A DNA stretch of 64,000 nucleotides, taken from NCBI RefSeq assembly GCF_001194135.2, contig NC_068984.1:137119323-137183322 (forward strand), given 5' to 3'. This document shows, piece by piece, positions 24,364 through 36,854 of this stretch. The DNA comes from Octopus bimaculoides (lineage: Eukaryota). Position numbers and translations under genes: made by a program. Position 1 is the stretch's first letter. The number at the start of each line of letters is the position of its first letter. The notes under the pieces were generated by a model. The model ran no database searches, was not told the DNA's origin, and saw nothing but the letters and a program-made list of their open reading frames with translations.

Positions 24364-27300
24364 TAGATAGACAGACAGACAGACAGATTAATTATCAAGG
24401 ATATATGTTTGTGTCAAGACTGTAATCTCCAGTTAAGAACCTAAGAATGTGAATTAAATGACAGATGTATGAAAGTGTTTTCAATTAAAGCAACTCTCAC
24501 ATAAGACAGCTTGCTCTCCTTTATTAATCAGAGAACAAATAACGATCAGCTAACTGTAGAATGATTTGCAATACAAATCAATATTTTGATTCAAGCAACT
24601 TCAACAGCACGGATCACAAACTTCCATTTTGTATCCAACTACTTTTGACTTCCCTCTACATTTGCCAAAAGCCCACATGTTATTGCTGTTCTCATCATAG
24701 TTTTAACTTTAACTTTTTCTATGCCTGCATGCGTCAGAAGGAATTTGCTGAGACAGATTCTTCTATGGTCAGATGCCCTTCCTGCCACCAACCTTCACCC
24801 GTTTCCAAGCAAGGTAATATTTCCCCGTGACCAGAGATGTTTTTACAGAAGAGTGGAAATAAAGGGAACTCCTTGCATGACAGTGGCACTTGTTTAAAAT
24901 TAGCGCACAAAATCAAAGCAGGGAGACAGTAACACACTCACACATACATTTATACACACACACACAAACACACACATATATGTATATATTTATATATATA
25001 GGCACAGCGAAGCTGTGTGGTAAGAAGCTTCCTTCCCAACCATATGGTTCTGGGTTCAGTTCCAATGCATGGCACGTTGGGCAAGTACTTATTCTATCCG
25101 TCTGTTTTGCTGAACTGCTAAATTACACGGATGTAAACACACCAACATCGGTTGTCAAGCGATGGTGGGGTGGGGGGCAAACACAGACACGCAAACATAC
25201 ACACACATATACGCCATATGCCCACGGGCATATGGCGTAGTGGTTAAGAGCACGAGCTACTAACCCCAAGATTCCGAGTTCGATTCCAAGCAGTGACCTT
25301 AACAATAATAATAATAATAATTTTCTTTTTTATTGCCCACAAGGGGCTAAACATAGAGGGGACAAACAAGGACAAAGTCGATTACATCGACGCCAGTGTG
25401 TAACTAGTACTTAATTTATCGACCCCGAAAGGATGAAAGGCAAAGTCGACCTCGGCGGAATTTGAACTCAGAACGTAACGGCAGACGAAATACCGCTAAG
25501 CATTTCGCCCGGTGTGCTAACGATTCTGCCAGCTCGCCGCCTTATTAATAATAATAATAATAACATCGAAAAAGACCTTAGGAATGAGAACCCAGGTTCA
25601 AAATTTCCCCAAGATACCTGAAGAAGGCTGGAGGGTATATCAGTCGAAACGCTGTGTTAAAAACAAACAAGATGAGGACAAATATCCGTCAAATGTAAAT
25701 AATGTAAATAATGCATGTCTATCATCATCATCAACCACACAGCCGTGCTTGCCTCTATAAAGCATTTCACTCTCAATCAGAAATATTTTCCATTTATAAG
25801 TAATCTTAGCTGTAAGAACTCTCGCTCTTAATTTATCTGTGAAAACTTATGAAAACCACAGACAGAACAGCAGAAAGAGAAAGAGATTATTTCCCTTGAC
25901 ATATAAAGAGACTTTCAAAGATTGACAAAAACGAAAAAAAAAGACAGAAAATTTAAATATGAAGGGGAGATAAGCAAGAGACACATTTCATCAAAGGGAC
26001 GCAATCTACAGCTGTTTAACTCCCTTTACAGCAATCTTATATCATGTGATGAAACTGAATTCCATTTTAAATCCCCTATCATTTTTCATCAGCATCATTG
26101 CAATAGACTGTGTTTCTCTTTTCTTTAAATTTTAATCTTCTGATGTTTACTGACTGATTATTAGAATTAATGTGAGCGCAACAGCTGACATTTTCACGTC
26201 TTACGATTTCAAAACTTAATAGAACTGGAATCATGACGCTGAGTAAGGTAGATAACTCTGCTTACCTAAGTCTGTCTACATGGCATCGGGTTCCATACTT
26301 TCATATGGATGTGGATAACAGAGATGAGAATCTCGCTATTGTTGTTGTTGTTCGGTTCAAAGTCAGCCCTGACTGAACACACATAGTATCATAGTATCCA
26401 GCAGTCAAAAAATCTCGTCCTTTTTTTTTTTTAAGACAACAGAATGTAATTTAAGGGAAATTTGACAGCCATTTGGAGCTGGTGAAACAGCCACACACAA
26501 ATTATTATTGCTACAATATATCAAATATCCACATATAAAAAAATATCTGGCTAGGTATAAAGATGGATAAACAGATACGATATACATATATGTGTATACG
26601 TATGAGTCTGCACAGGTGCAAAAAAAAAAATGAATACCCATATACACATTCTTTGTTTTTAAAAACATTAATTAAATGTATTACTCAAAAATTTTATTTT
26701 GGAACATTGCTTAAACGACAATGCAATTTCAGGACTGCCTGTGTGACATGCCTTTTACTTGACGGACGCTAGCGCAGGTACTTTCTTTGTGGTGCCAGCA
26801 CGAGCACAGGTGCTTTCAATGTGGTACGAGTACAGGTGCGTTTTATATGGTGCCAGTACAACTGCTTTTTATAAGGTGCCACCACAGGTGCTTTTTTTAT
26901 GTGACACCAGCATGCTTCATCATCATCGTTTAACGTCCTCCTTCCATGCTGGCATGGGTTGGACGGTTTGACAGAAGCCTGCACCAAGCTTCTACGTCTG
27001 TTCTGGCAGGAATTTTACAGCTGGATGCCTTTCCTGACAACAACTACGCTGTAGAGTGGACCGAGTGCTTTTTATGTGGGACAAGCACAGGTGAGAACAG
27101 TTTGGCATGGCTTTTACAGTTGAATGCTCTTCCAAATGCCAACTGCTTTACAGAGTGGACTCCAACATTTTCTTGGCACCAAAACATTCAATACCAAATG
27201 GATTTCTTTACTAAATCAGTAAGGCCAAATGGGCTGTGCCTAAACATTCCTAACCAAAAGCACTGCCTTTTCCTTCTCTAAGTTAAAAATACTTATTTAG

Positions 27301-30300
27301 TCACTGGACAGCAATATCCAATGACAAAACCTCAGAGAAGCGAAAAGTTTCACATTTTATCTCCACCATGTGAATTACATACCTCAGGAGTTGGTTTGTC
27401 AACTGTCATATCCACACGATATGAAGTGGATAAAAATCTCTTAACCTTTATGTTTCTAAATTAGTACAAGTGAATATGACAATGTATGTACATCTTTCAT
27501 GGCTATCATAAATCTACCTTAAAAGCAACTGTTTCAATTTTTGCCAAATGATCTCCAATTTTAAAGTCTTTTGCCAAAAGAAAATCAAAAAAAAAAAGAT
27601 AAAAACTGACAACTCTGAAATTCATAATCTTTTCTGTTAAAGACACAAGGCCTGAAATTCTAGGGGAGGAGAGTAGGCAATTACATAGACCCCAGGACTT
27701 AACTGGTACCTATGTCATCGAGTCCTCAATGTTCACCCTCAGTTGAATTTGAACTCAGAACATAAACACAGGCAAAATGCCTCTAAGCATTTTGTCCAAT
27801 GTGCTAATGATTCTGCCAGATCCACACCTTAAATTAGAACTAAATGACAAATATTGATTTTGGCACAAGGCTAGTAATTTCGAATAGAGGGGAGGGTAAG
27901 GTGATTATTTAAACCCCGGTGTTCAACTGGTACCCAAAAAGGATGAAAGGCAAAGTCGGCTCTGGCAGAATTTGAACTCAGAACATGAAGTCAGAAGAAA
28001 TTCTGCTTAGGATTTGGTCCGGCATGGTAACGGTTCTGCCAGCTCATTGCCTGAAATCTGAAATAAATAACAAATATTACCAAATGTTATAAGTATTAAA
28101 GCAATAATTACCTATCATTCTACTTGTTAAAATCTCGTGTTGCGTGCTACCAATTTCCCTTCGTAAATAATTGGTAGGTATACGACCAGCTGCTGCAGCT
28201 TTCTGTCGGAAATCCACCTGGAAATATTAAAAGTAGAAAAATAAGTAAAGTTCCTTCCCAAGTCTTACCAACTCAGAAGAGCTGGTTCCCCAGATTCATC
28301 ATCATCATCATCATCATCATTTAACGTCCGCTTTCCATGCTAGCATGGGTTGGACGATTTGACTGAGGACTGGTGAAACCAGATGGCTACACCAGGCTCC
28401 AATCTGATTTGGCAGAGTTTCTACAGCTGGACGCCCTTCCTAACGCCAACCACTCTGAGAGTGTAGTGGGTGCTTTTACGTGCCACCGGCATGAAGGCCA
28501 GTCAGGAGGTACTGGCAATGGCCACGTTCGAAATGGTGTATTTTACGTGCCACCTGCACAAGGGCCAGTCCAGCGGTACTGGCAACGAACTTGCTCGAAT
28601 GTCTTTTCCCATGCCACTGGTACAAGTGCCAGGAAGGTGACGTTGGTAACGGTCACGCTCAAATGGTGTTATTTACATGCCACCGACACAGAAGCCAGAC
28701 AGGTATATAAGTTCCCCACCTGGATTGAATACTCATTTCTGCCAGCTGAGTAGATGGCAGCAACATGAAATTAAGTGTTTTGTTCAAGAACACAATGTGT
28801 CACCCAGTCCAGGAATCGAAACAACAATCTTACAACCATGAGACCGACACCCTAACCACTAAGCCACGCATCTCCGCAGTAAATATTTAAATATTTAAAA
28901 ACAAATGACTGTGTAATTAAGAAGCTTGATCCCCAACCTTGTGATCTTTGGTTCAGTCCCACTGCATGGTACCTTGGCCAAGTGTTTTCTACTATCTGAT
29001 TTTCTAAAGATTTGCCATTCTAGTGCCTCCTCCTCCTCCTGCTCAGCATCATCGCCATCGTTGTTTAATGTCCACTTTCCATGCTGGCATGGGTTGGATG
29101 GTTTGACCGAGGACTGGCAAGCTAGCAGGTTGCACCAGGTTCCAATCTGATTTGGCAAGGTTTCTACAGCTGGATGCCCTTCCTAATGCCAACCACTCCA
29201 AGAGTGTAGTGGGTGCTTTTTACGTTCCACTGGCACGGGGGCCAGTCAGGCTGCACTGGCATCAACCACGCTTGAATGGTGTTTTTTACATGCCACCAGC
29301 ACGGAAGTCAGTCAGGTAGCACTGGCATCAACCACACTCGAATGGTGCTTAAATTTTGGCACAAGGCCAACAGTTATTTAGAGGTGGGGGAAATCAATGC
29401 TCTTGCCTCCAGTACTCAACTGGTATTTAGTTAAGCAACCCTGAAACGATGAAGGGCAAAGTCTGATCCAGACAGAATTTGAACTCAGAATGTAAAGAGC
29501 CAAAAGAAATGCCATTAAGTATTTTGTCTGGCATGTTAACAATTCTGCCAATTTGCTGCCTTTTACCATTGTATAATAATGGTAATTCCTCATCTCAGGA
29601 AGCAAATGAAATCTAAGCACCTTAAAAACAACAGTTCTAATATCCACAGGCACAACAGGTAAGCAGTTAAAGCATCAGTCTCAGTTGGTAACAATAAAGA
29701 TTGCAGGTTCAAACCCAAGCCCAACTCAGGTTTATTAGTTTATGATAGTTGAAAAGAATCCCAATTGAAACGTAACATCAACATCTCAACCAAGATGAGG
29801 AAACAGCCTTAAAAAAAAATAAACATCAAAGGTGTAAGCCTTCATGATGATATATACTTACTGTTAGTGGCATAAATCCAGAAGATGAGACCTTTTCTGA
29901 ACACACTGCTGTTACTAGTACCGCTGTGCCACCAAGCTGAAATTAAATTTGAGATTTGGTTGAAATATTTTGCTACGAATTGAGAAATTTTTACAGTTTA
30001 ATAGAATCTCTCAGAGTTTTGGTGTTAGAAGTGAAGGCACATGACCTAGTGGTTAGGATGGTGCACTCATGATCAAGCGATTGTGGTTTCCATTCCCAGA
30101 TCAGGTGGTGCAGTGAGCTTTTGAGAAAACCACTTCATTTCATATTGCTCCAGTTTGCTCAGCTGTAAATGAGTAAACCTTGTATCCAGTTCAGGAAAAA
30201 TATTGTGATGTTAGTCACTTATATACCACAGAAACCAGCTAACTATCCCTATGGGTCCTAGAACTCAAGACAGTAATGTCAAGAAGACTTCTTTTTTTAG

Positions 30301-33300
30301 TGTCAGTATGCAACACAACTAACGATATTGAAATTTAAATATTGCTTAAGGCAGTATAAATATTCTCTGTTTAACAAAACAAATTCTTAGCAATGCTTGA
30401 AGCCTGGAAATAAGAAAAGCTTTCTACATTTAAAGATTAAGCTATGACATCCACAATATCGACGCAGCATGACTGAATGGTTTATAAGTTTGCTTCACAA
30501 TCACAAGGCCCTGGTTTCAATCCCACTACAGCACATCTTAGGTTAATGTCTTTTGTCATAACCTTCAGTCAAATCAAGCCTTGTGAGTGAAAGTGGAGAG
30601 ATGGCAATTGTGTGAAAATCTGCCAGATAGCTTGTTACTGTAATTTTTAGGGTTAGGGTATCACACTAATACATTCATTCTACTTGAGGATAACATTAAC
30701 CATTTAGCATTTAAGCAAGGCATATCTGGCCCAAATATTGTTCCTATAATATTTGTCCTAATAACTTGCAATATTAGCCTGTCCTTTAACTGTATGCAAA
30801 ATACATGCAAACATGTCATATACACAACACAAGACTGATGTGCTTATTAATAACAAAAGGGCATAAAACCACCAAAAAGAAAATGCTGTCTCATTTTTTT
30901 AAGGCTTAACCCTTTTGTTAATAACCTGGCTGAAACCATCTCTGGCTCTGTAGTACAAATGTTTTGTTTTCGTAAGTTGTGAATTAAAATCGTCCACCAA
31001 ACACTAGTCACAATTTATGTTCCTAACATCAGCTTAATGATAACTAAGTTATTTTATTAAATTCTTTGTTACTTTTAAAATTAATTGAAAGAAACAAAGA
31101 GCATCTCAATATAAATACGGTAACAAAAGGGTTAATCAAAGGCAGGATAATAATACCCATGACCCTTTACAGGGACTCCGAGAGGGACAGGAAGCAGGAA
31201 GGAAGGAATCCTTAAACTGGACACCAGTAGGAAATCTTCCAACAGAGTGGCCGCTGCTTAAGTCAAGCAACCAGAGGCCTAATACTAATGTTAAACTGGG
31301 CGATGGATTAGATTTAATACATAAAGCATGAAGCTGGCATCTTTATTTTTAATCGCTTTATAATTCTTAAAACAATATAGCTTATTATATTTAAGATGTG
31401 ATGCAAGACTATAATAAGCTGCCATTGCTCTACATTACCTGCAGACAGCGAGATTGTGCTAAGGGAAGTAACTCCGGCAAACACTTAGTTGTAACAAGCA
31501 TGTACAATCCATTTTGTAAATGTTTCTTCTACGGAAAAGAAAAATTAATGGCATGTAGGGACACCGTATTTCGTTAAGCAACCGAAATGGCATGTAGGGA
31601 CACCGTATTTCGTTAAGCAACCGAAATAAACTACAAAGGGTCTGCAAGAAATGACAGCCAAATCTTATATCCTACTATCGTTTTGGAAACAGAAAGGAAA
31701 AATTAATAATGATTTTAGAAGTCAATACTGTGTTCTACTGTGTTAGCAGTGCTACTTAACTGGTAATTTATGTTTATTTGGGTTGTTGTTTTTTTTGCCC
31801 GAGAAGTTTGTTAGTGATATACACATCTCGCTGGGATTTGAACTCACAATGTAAAGATTCAGAACAAATAATATTTTTGGGGGTTGAAAACACCGGTTTT
31901 CATCCCCCATTTCATACGATTCTTTCATTAAAGCGAAGTTAAATTGATTGACCCAACCTCAATATACTGCTAGTATTTATACATCAAGGAGAAAGCACCC
32001 TTTCCGACATAGTTCCTCGGTCTGTAAGAAATGACAGCCAAATCGTATCCTACTATCGTTTTGGAAACGGAAAGGAAAAATTAATGGCATGTAGGGACAC
32101 CGTATTTCGTTAAGCAACCGAAATAAACTACAAAGGGTCTGCAAGAAATGACAGCCAAATCTTATCCTACTATCGTTTTGGAAACAAAAAGGAAAAATTA
32201 ATAATGATTTTAGAAGTCAATACTGTGTTCTACTGTGTTAGAAGTGCTACTATATTTGTTGAGGTTATCTCTACAGTTTTTCTTTCGAAATTCAGTGCTG
32301 GTTATAATTTTTATTAAAAAAACCTGTAGAGATAACCTAAACAAGGAATGGAAAAAAGTTCGATGTTGTCCTGCATACCATCAAGACAAGATGGCTGTGG
32401 TTGATCATAAGGACTAATAGCAACTGATTTTATGCAAGCTAAGAAGAGAGCCAAAGTGGATGGTATTGCCCCTTTGGGGCGATGGAAAGTTCCAAGGAGG
32501 CATTGAAGAAAAGTGGGGCGATAATGGGGTAGCGATTCATGTAAAAACAACAAAATAATGGGTCCATTAGATTGTTTTATTAGTGAAATACAGATGTTTT
32601 GAATTTGCTTCAGAAAGAGGTCTATGTTTGAGATGGTTAGTTGGGGTAGGGACGCTAGGAATGTGGCCTAGGTGTCAAGGGGGCGACAGCACGAAAATGT
32701 TTTGGAACTATTGCTCTACATGGTCACTCGACGTGCTAGAAATAGCAGCCAAATCTTCAACCCACATCTCGCCCTATCTTGTAACAGTTTGCTGTTGCTA
32801 ATTTTCAGCTGCCTTCTTTTTCTCTTTTTTTACTTTCTTATTCCTTGCAATGATAAGTGAAACACCCTAACCACTAGGTCATTCCATAGTGACCATCAAA
32901 TGTAATGGTTCTTCTATAGATATCACTGTTTATAGAATTATTTCGAAAGAAAAGATGTTAGGGCAAGCAACCAACATGTACCTGCCAACCTTTCCACAAA
33001 TGTTCGTACCTTTTGCTCGCTGTACGATACATAAACTGAGCTTGCAAGTAAATGACTCTCACTTGCAACTTCATAATAACTGACTTCTTGCAAATGTTCA
33101 CATGTTAGCAGCAGCAAAACCTCAAGTAGACCATTCGAATGTTGCTGTATTCATCATCATTTAACGTCCACCTTCCGTGTTGGTGTGAGTTAGACCAGGC
33201 CTAGCCAACTCGAATTACATTGTGGGCCACTTTAATGGTGACCGGTCATAAAGTCACAATTTTGGGTAGGAAAAAAAAAGTCACAATTAATTTATTGTGG

Positions 33301-36300
33301 CTGGTAATAAAATCACAGGAAAAAAAGTCAGACAAAATGACCCCCAGGATAAAACCCCTGTGTCTGTTTTTCCTGTGATTTTATTACCATGACTTTTTTA
33401 CCTGGATTCCTTTAAACACAAAGTTTTTTGAGGGCTACTTGTATACTGACAGAATTGAAAGCATTTTGCTTTCTCATGCTATTATTACAATAATGAATAA
33501 ATGCCCATTGATTCAACATGAAATATTATAGTTGCAAAAACAGTAGTAGCTTTCTTTTTTACTTTACATTACAATCTTTAATTTTTGATATTTTAAAAAT
33601 GTTCGTTTAAATAAACCCATTTCAGGAAAGTATCAAGTGGGTCACAAGATAAAAGTCTGAGGGCTTCCGGTTGGCCAGCTCTGTCTGACAATTTGACAGG
33701 AACTGATAAGCCAGGGGATGCAAAATTTAATGCATTATGGGAAAAGAAGGGAACTTACTTAGAAGAATTATTTCAGTCATTTACTAAGAATTTGATCAAA
33801 AGTACTTTTTTCACTGCCAGAATTGTTAGCACATCAGATACAAGAGATAAAATGCCCTATAGCATCTCTTCCAGTTTTATGTCCTGTGTTCAAATCCTGC
33901 TTAGGTCAACTTTGCCTTTTATCCTTTCAGAGTTGATAAAATACATACCAGTTGGAGTGGTTGGCATTAGAAAAGGCATCCAGCTGTTGAAACTCTGCCA
34001 AATCAGATTGGAGCCTGGTGTAGCCACCTGGTTTCACCAGTCCTCAGTCAAATCGTCCAACCCATGCTAGCATGGAAAGCGGACGTTAAATGATGATGAT
34101 ACTTCAACAAGGCAGCTTGTTAGCATGCTGGACAAGATGCTTGGCAGCATTTCATCAGTCTTTACTTTCCAAGTTCAAATTCCACTAACACTGACTTTGC
34201 CTTTCATTATTTCGGGATCAATAAAATAAGTACCAGTTGAGTACTGGGGTCAATGTAATTGACTTATCCCCTCCCTTGGAATTGCTGGTCTTGTGCCAAA
34301 ATTTGAAACCAATACATACCTCAACCATTGCAGCGCCATCTGCAAATCTGGCAAATTTACCCGTAGTTATTTTTAATTTCCTAAAACGAATTAGAAAATA
34401 AATCTAAGTAACAAAAAACGATATTCTTTTGCAATTTTATTATTTTCTTCCAATAAATTTCATTTACATATTTACAAAAAATAGATGACAAGAGAAAACT
34501 ACACACTAGTTTGCAATCAATGAACTGAAATATTTGGGATACTACTTATGAATTTAATTATACTACACAAATAAAATCATTTGAGTAACATGGTATCATA
34601 GGCAAGAATATGGGAGGAAGGCAAATTAACAAATTCTCATATCATACAGGTAATTATATACTTATTTAACATACACATGTATATATATCAAGAGTTAGTT
34701 GCCCACAAGTCAGGAGGGAAAAAAAGGGGGCACTTTAAAAGAGAAACTGAGAGGTTATACTTTTATATTGCTGAGCAGTACATTACAAGCTATGGCATAT
34801 AACTGGTTAGAATGTTATCAGCACAAAACTGTTTGTAACATTCTGACCATTTAAATACCATAACCAGAAATATACTGTTCAACTACCTACCTATCTATAT
34901 ATATATATATATATATATATTTTCATTTTTAACAATGATACCTTTTCACTAACCTATCAGGCTGTTTACTCTGAGACGAAAATGTGCTGCTCTGGGTAGA
35001 GCACGTAAGTCTCTGAACAAAAATATTTAAAAATCTTTTTTTGTCTGCACTACACTGATTGCTATTATATCTAATTAAATGAAGTTCCAAAGGGATGTAA
35101 TCAAGAAATGGGAAAAGTTTTGATTAAAAATACAATGATGATGTTAAAGAATTCGATTTTAACGGTCGAACTCGAAGTAGATAATGCTATAAATAATAGC
35201 GTGTAAATATTGCATTAAAAACCCTCTCACACACAATCAGGATCAGCCTTGGTTGAGCAGGTCTACGTATGATAAAAAGCATTCCATCCAAAACCGTCCA
35301 GTCTTTTGCCATTGTAGAGGAAAGCCATAAGCACATTATCCAACATGTGTTTTGAAAACAGTGGGATGTTGTCTGAGGGAGAGTCGATTGTCAATTCTTG
35401 CAGGTCGAACAACTATGTAGAGGTTCTCTCATTGTGAAGCACTTCTAATTATATGTCCAATATATGTTAGACTTACAATCTTTGAAATATATTACACACG
35501 CAAATATATGAGGTGTGGGGGAGGGTCTATAGCATGTAAAATGTGTACTATAGGCAGTAATAGTCTGAGCTGTCTTTTGAGGTTCTAGTTGCGAAAACTC
35601 CAGAGGATCAATGTTGGTGATTTGCATCAAAGAGGACCCATTTGAATGAAGCTCTCTAGAGAAAATAAGTTTACTCTGAGACGAAAATGTGCTGCTCTGG
35701 GTAGAGCACGTAAGTCTCTGAACAAAAATATTTAAAAATCTTTTTTTGTCTGCACTACACTGATTGCTATTATATCTAATTAAATGAAGTTCCAAAGGGA
35801 TGTAATCAAGAAATGGGAAAAGTTTTGATTAAAAATACAATGANNNNNNNNNNNNNNCGGTCGAACTCGAAGTAGATAATGCTATAAATAATAGCGTGTA
35901 AATATTGCATTAAAAACCCTTTTTGATAAAAAAAAAAAAAAAGTCGTCAAAGGCTACCAGTCAGATTCGAACCCTGAAAACATGACAGATGATCGTAAAG
36001 TACAACAATGTTACTTTAAATGCAAGTAATCGTTTTTCGTTTAAAGGTACTATGACAACTACCTGTCACAATGTCACACAAGGTAACATCGTAACAGGTT
36101 CAATCTGTGCAACAATATTTTTAGGTTTATATTAACCATTTCCACACACACACACATTTTTGTACCCTACTTTCATTCCGTAAAATTATCCTTTCCCAAG
36201 AGGTATGAGGCACTAATCTGTAATTCCGCCAACGAATCTTTTAAAAGTTCTAAAACATAAAGAACTATTCCAATTTAAAGAATAAAAACTTAACTAAAAG

Positions 36301-36854
36301 CCAAGTTTGAAAAAAAAAAAAAGCCCCTTTAAATGATATTCAATTAACATATTTCTCAGCACAACATTTAATCGAAAAATTTAAAACAATATATTTTATT
36401 TTCGTAAAGGAAAAAAAAAAAGCCGGTAGCAATGTCATTGAACATAGCAATGACAACACGATTCTCTTTCTATGAGGTACGGACTGATGTTGTGACACGC
36501 ATGCCGCTCCAAGAAATAAATATAAACAGGCAATCGAAATGGTATCGAAGATTCATTTGGTTAAGGGTTTGATGCAACCAGAGAGAAATTATTATCATTA
36601 TTATTATTATAGACATAAATTGTGGAGAAAGAGAAAAGGAAGGAAGGACAGACAATATAAACACACCTCATCCCGATGTCCACATCTATTTCTCCATGTT
36701 TACTACGTTTTTGCCAAGCAGTCGTCGAACTATTCGAAGACCATCGACACTGGTTTGTAAATGATTTGATTAAGAAGCCACCGCTGACCACGTAATGTGT
36801 GTGTTTATAGAAACGAATGAAGGCAACACGTGCTTGCCCCGCGGAGACGGCCAT
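18049..36854 (-). CDS. PNPT1: Polyribonucleotide nucleotidyltransferase 1 (mitochondrial PNPase), 5' part, 7 spliced exons
   Basis: The hand-spliced exons join in phase with GT/AG ends: MAVSAG...DVDIGMR|[20 protein letters not shown]|[25 protein letters not shown]|[35 protein letters not shown]|[17 protein letters not shown]|[21 protein letters not shown]|[16 protein letters not shown]. This matches the first RNase PH domain of PNPase (recognised from memory of the family). Confidence 0.97.
18251..18421 (+). mobile_element. Ty3/Gypsy pol fragment
   Basis: [55 protein letters not shown] is the RT thumb/connection motif. Confidence 0.88.
18902..18965 (-). CDS. PNPT1: PNPT1 exon 6
   Basis: ttctag|[22 protein letters not shown]|gtaaga, 64 nt. 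Confidence 0.97.
19364..19930 (+). mobile_element. RTE-clade LINE 3' ORF remnant
   Basis: [76 protein letters not shown]. Confidence 0.9.
22117..22166 (-). CDS. PNPT1: PNPT1 exon 5
   Basis: ctgcag|(D)[16 protein letters not shown]|gtaaat, 50 nt. Confidence 0.97.
24044..24388. repeat. Compound tetranucleotide microsatellite (TAGG/TAGA/CAGA)
   Basis: Directly visible. Confidence 0.95.
25226..25710 (+). mobile_element. tRNA-headed SINE with (AAT)n and a hammerhead-like 3' part, interrupted by a family C SINE
   Basis: The head TGGCGTAGTGG...GTTCGATTCC also occurs at 8271-8368. The (AAT)n tract is split by the 25323-25545 insertion. CTGAAGA...GAAAC lies at 25618-25650. Confidence 0.7.
25323..25545 (-). 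mobile_element. SINE family C (GGCGGCGAGCTGGCAGAA head, GCCTTTCATCCTTTCGGGGTCGATAAATTAAGTACC core), representative copy
   Basis: Other copies lie at about 21435, 22380-22815, 23730, 27650-28030, 34120, 40417, 44350, 50390, 56997-57395, 60420 and 62980. Confidence 0.9.
28112..28217 (-). CDS. PNPT1: PNPT1 exon 4
   Basis: ttccag|[36 protein letters not shown]|gtaatt, 106 nt. Confidence 0.98.
28297..28700 (-). mobile_element. SINE family A ((GAT)n tail, internal variable subrepeats), representative copy
   Basis: The core is CCATGCTAGCATGGGTTGGAC...CTACAGCTGGATGCCCTTCCTAACGCCAACCAC. Other copies lie at about 9830, 11563, 16620, 21870, 22196, 26920, 29050, 33955, 42730, 45020-45475, 48570-48925, 49380, 53270, 53900-54170, 61720, 62460 and 63712. 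Confidence 0.9.
29862..29936 (-). CDS. PNPT1: PNPT1 exon 3
   Basis: tttcag|[25 protein letters not shown]|gtaagt, 75 nt. Confidence 0.96.
30910..31131. mobile_element. piggyBac-like MITE (TTAA TSD, CCCT...AGGG ends)
   Basis: TTAA|CCCTTTTGTTA...TAACAAAAGGG|TTAA. Related copies or pieces lie at about 16950, 17213-17405, 17570-17780, 41836-42026 (-), 51936 and 62655-62793. Confidence 0.85.
31531..32240. repeat. Local modular duplication (39-bp and ~70-bp units, each x3)
   Basis: The 39-mer TGGCATGTAGGGACACCGTATTTCGTTAAGCAACCGAAA occurs at 31549, 31588 and 32085. Confidence 0.9.
34320..34380 (-). CDS. PNPT1: PNPT1 exon 2
   Basis: ttttag|[21 protein letters not shown]|gtatgt, 61 nt. Confidence 0.96.
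34964..35920. repeat. Identical ~260-bp direct duplication (34964-35225, 35669-35920)
   Basis: The copies are identical apart from 14 Ns in the second; probably an assembly artefact. Confidence 0.85.
36667..36854 (-). CDS. PNPT1: PNPT1 exon 1 (likely mitochondrial targeting peptide)
   Basis: ATG at 36854 is the first Met after in-frame TAA TGA. The N-terminus is Arg/Ser/Ala-rich and acid-poor. Donor AG|GTGTGT, phase 2, 188 nt. Confidence 0.88.

Noticed and set aside
25226-25300. tRNA gene (also at 8271-8342)
   Set aside because: A and B boxes are present, but the acceptor and anticodon stems do not pair properly, and an (AAT)n tract follows. This is a SINE head.
28364-28382. CTGAGGA-CTGGT-GAAAC in SINE family A considered as a hammerhead core
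   Set aside because: Only 5 nt separate the core halves, so there is no stem II, and no matching UH site or stem I exists.
31549-32123. Three identical 39-bp repeats considered as a CRISPR-like array
   Set aside because: Two are directly adjacent with no spacer, spacing is irregular, the context is a eukaryotic intron and there are no cas genes.
35445-35795. 116-aa ORF with [10 protein letters not shown] resembling the PNPase motif ESNGSSSM; possible cassette exon in intron 1
   Set aside because: It is in the wrong position in the gene, has no further similarity and only a poor donor, and partly overlaps a probable assembly duplication.
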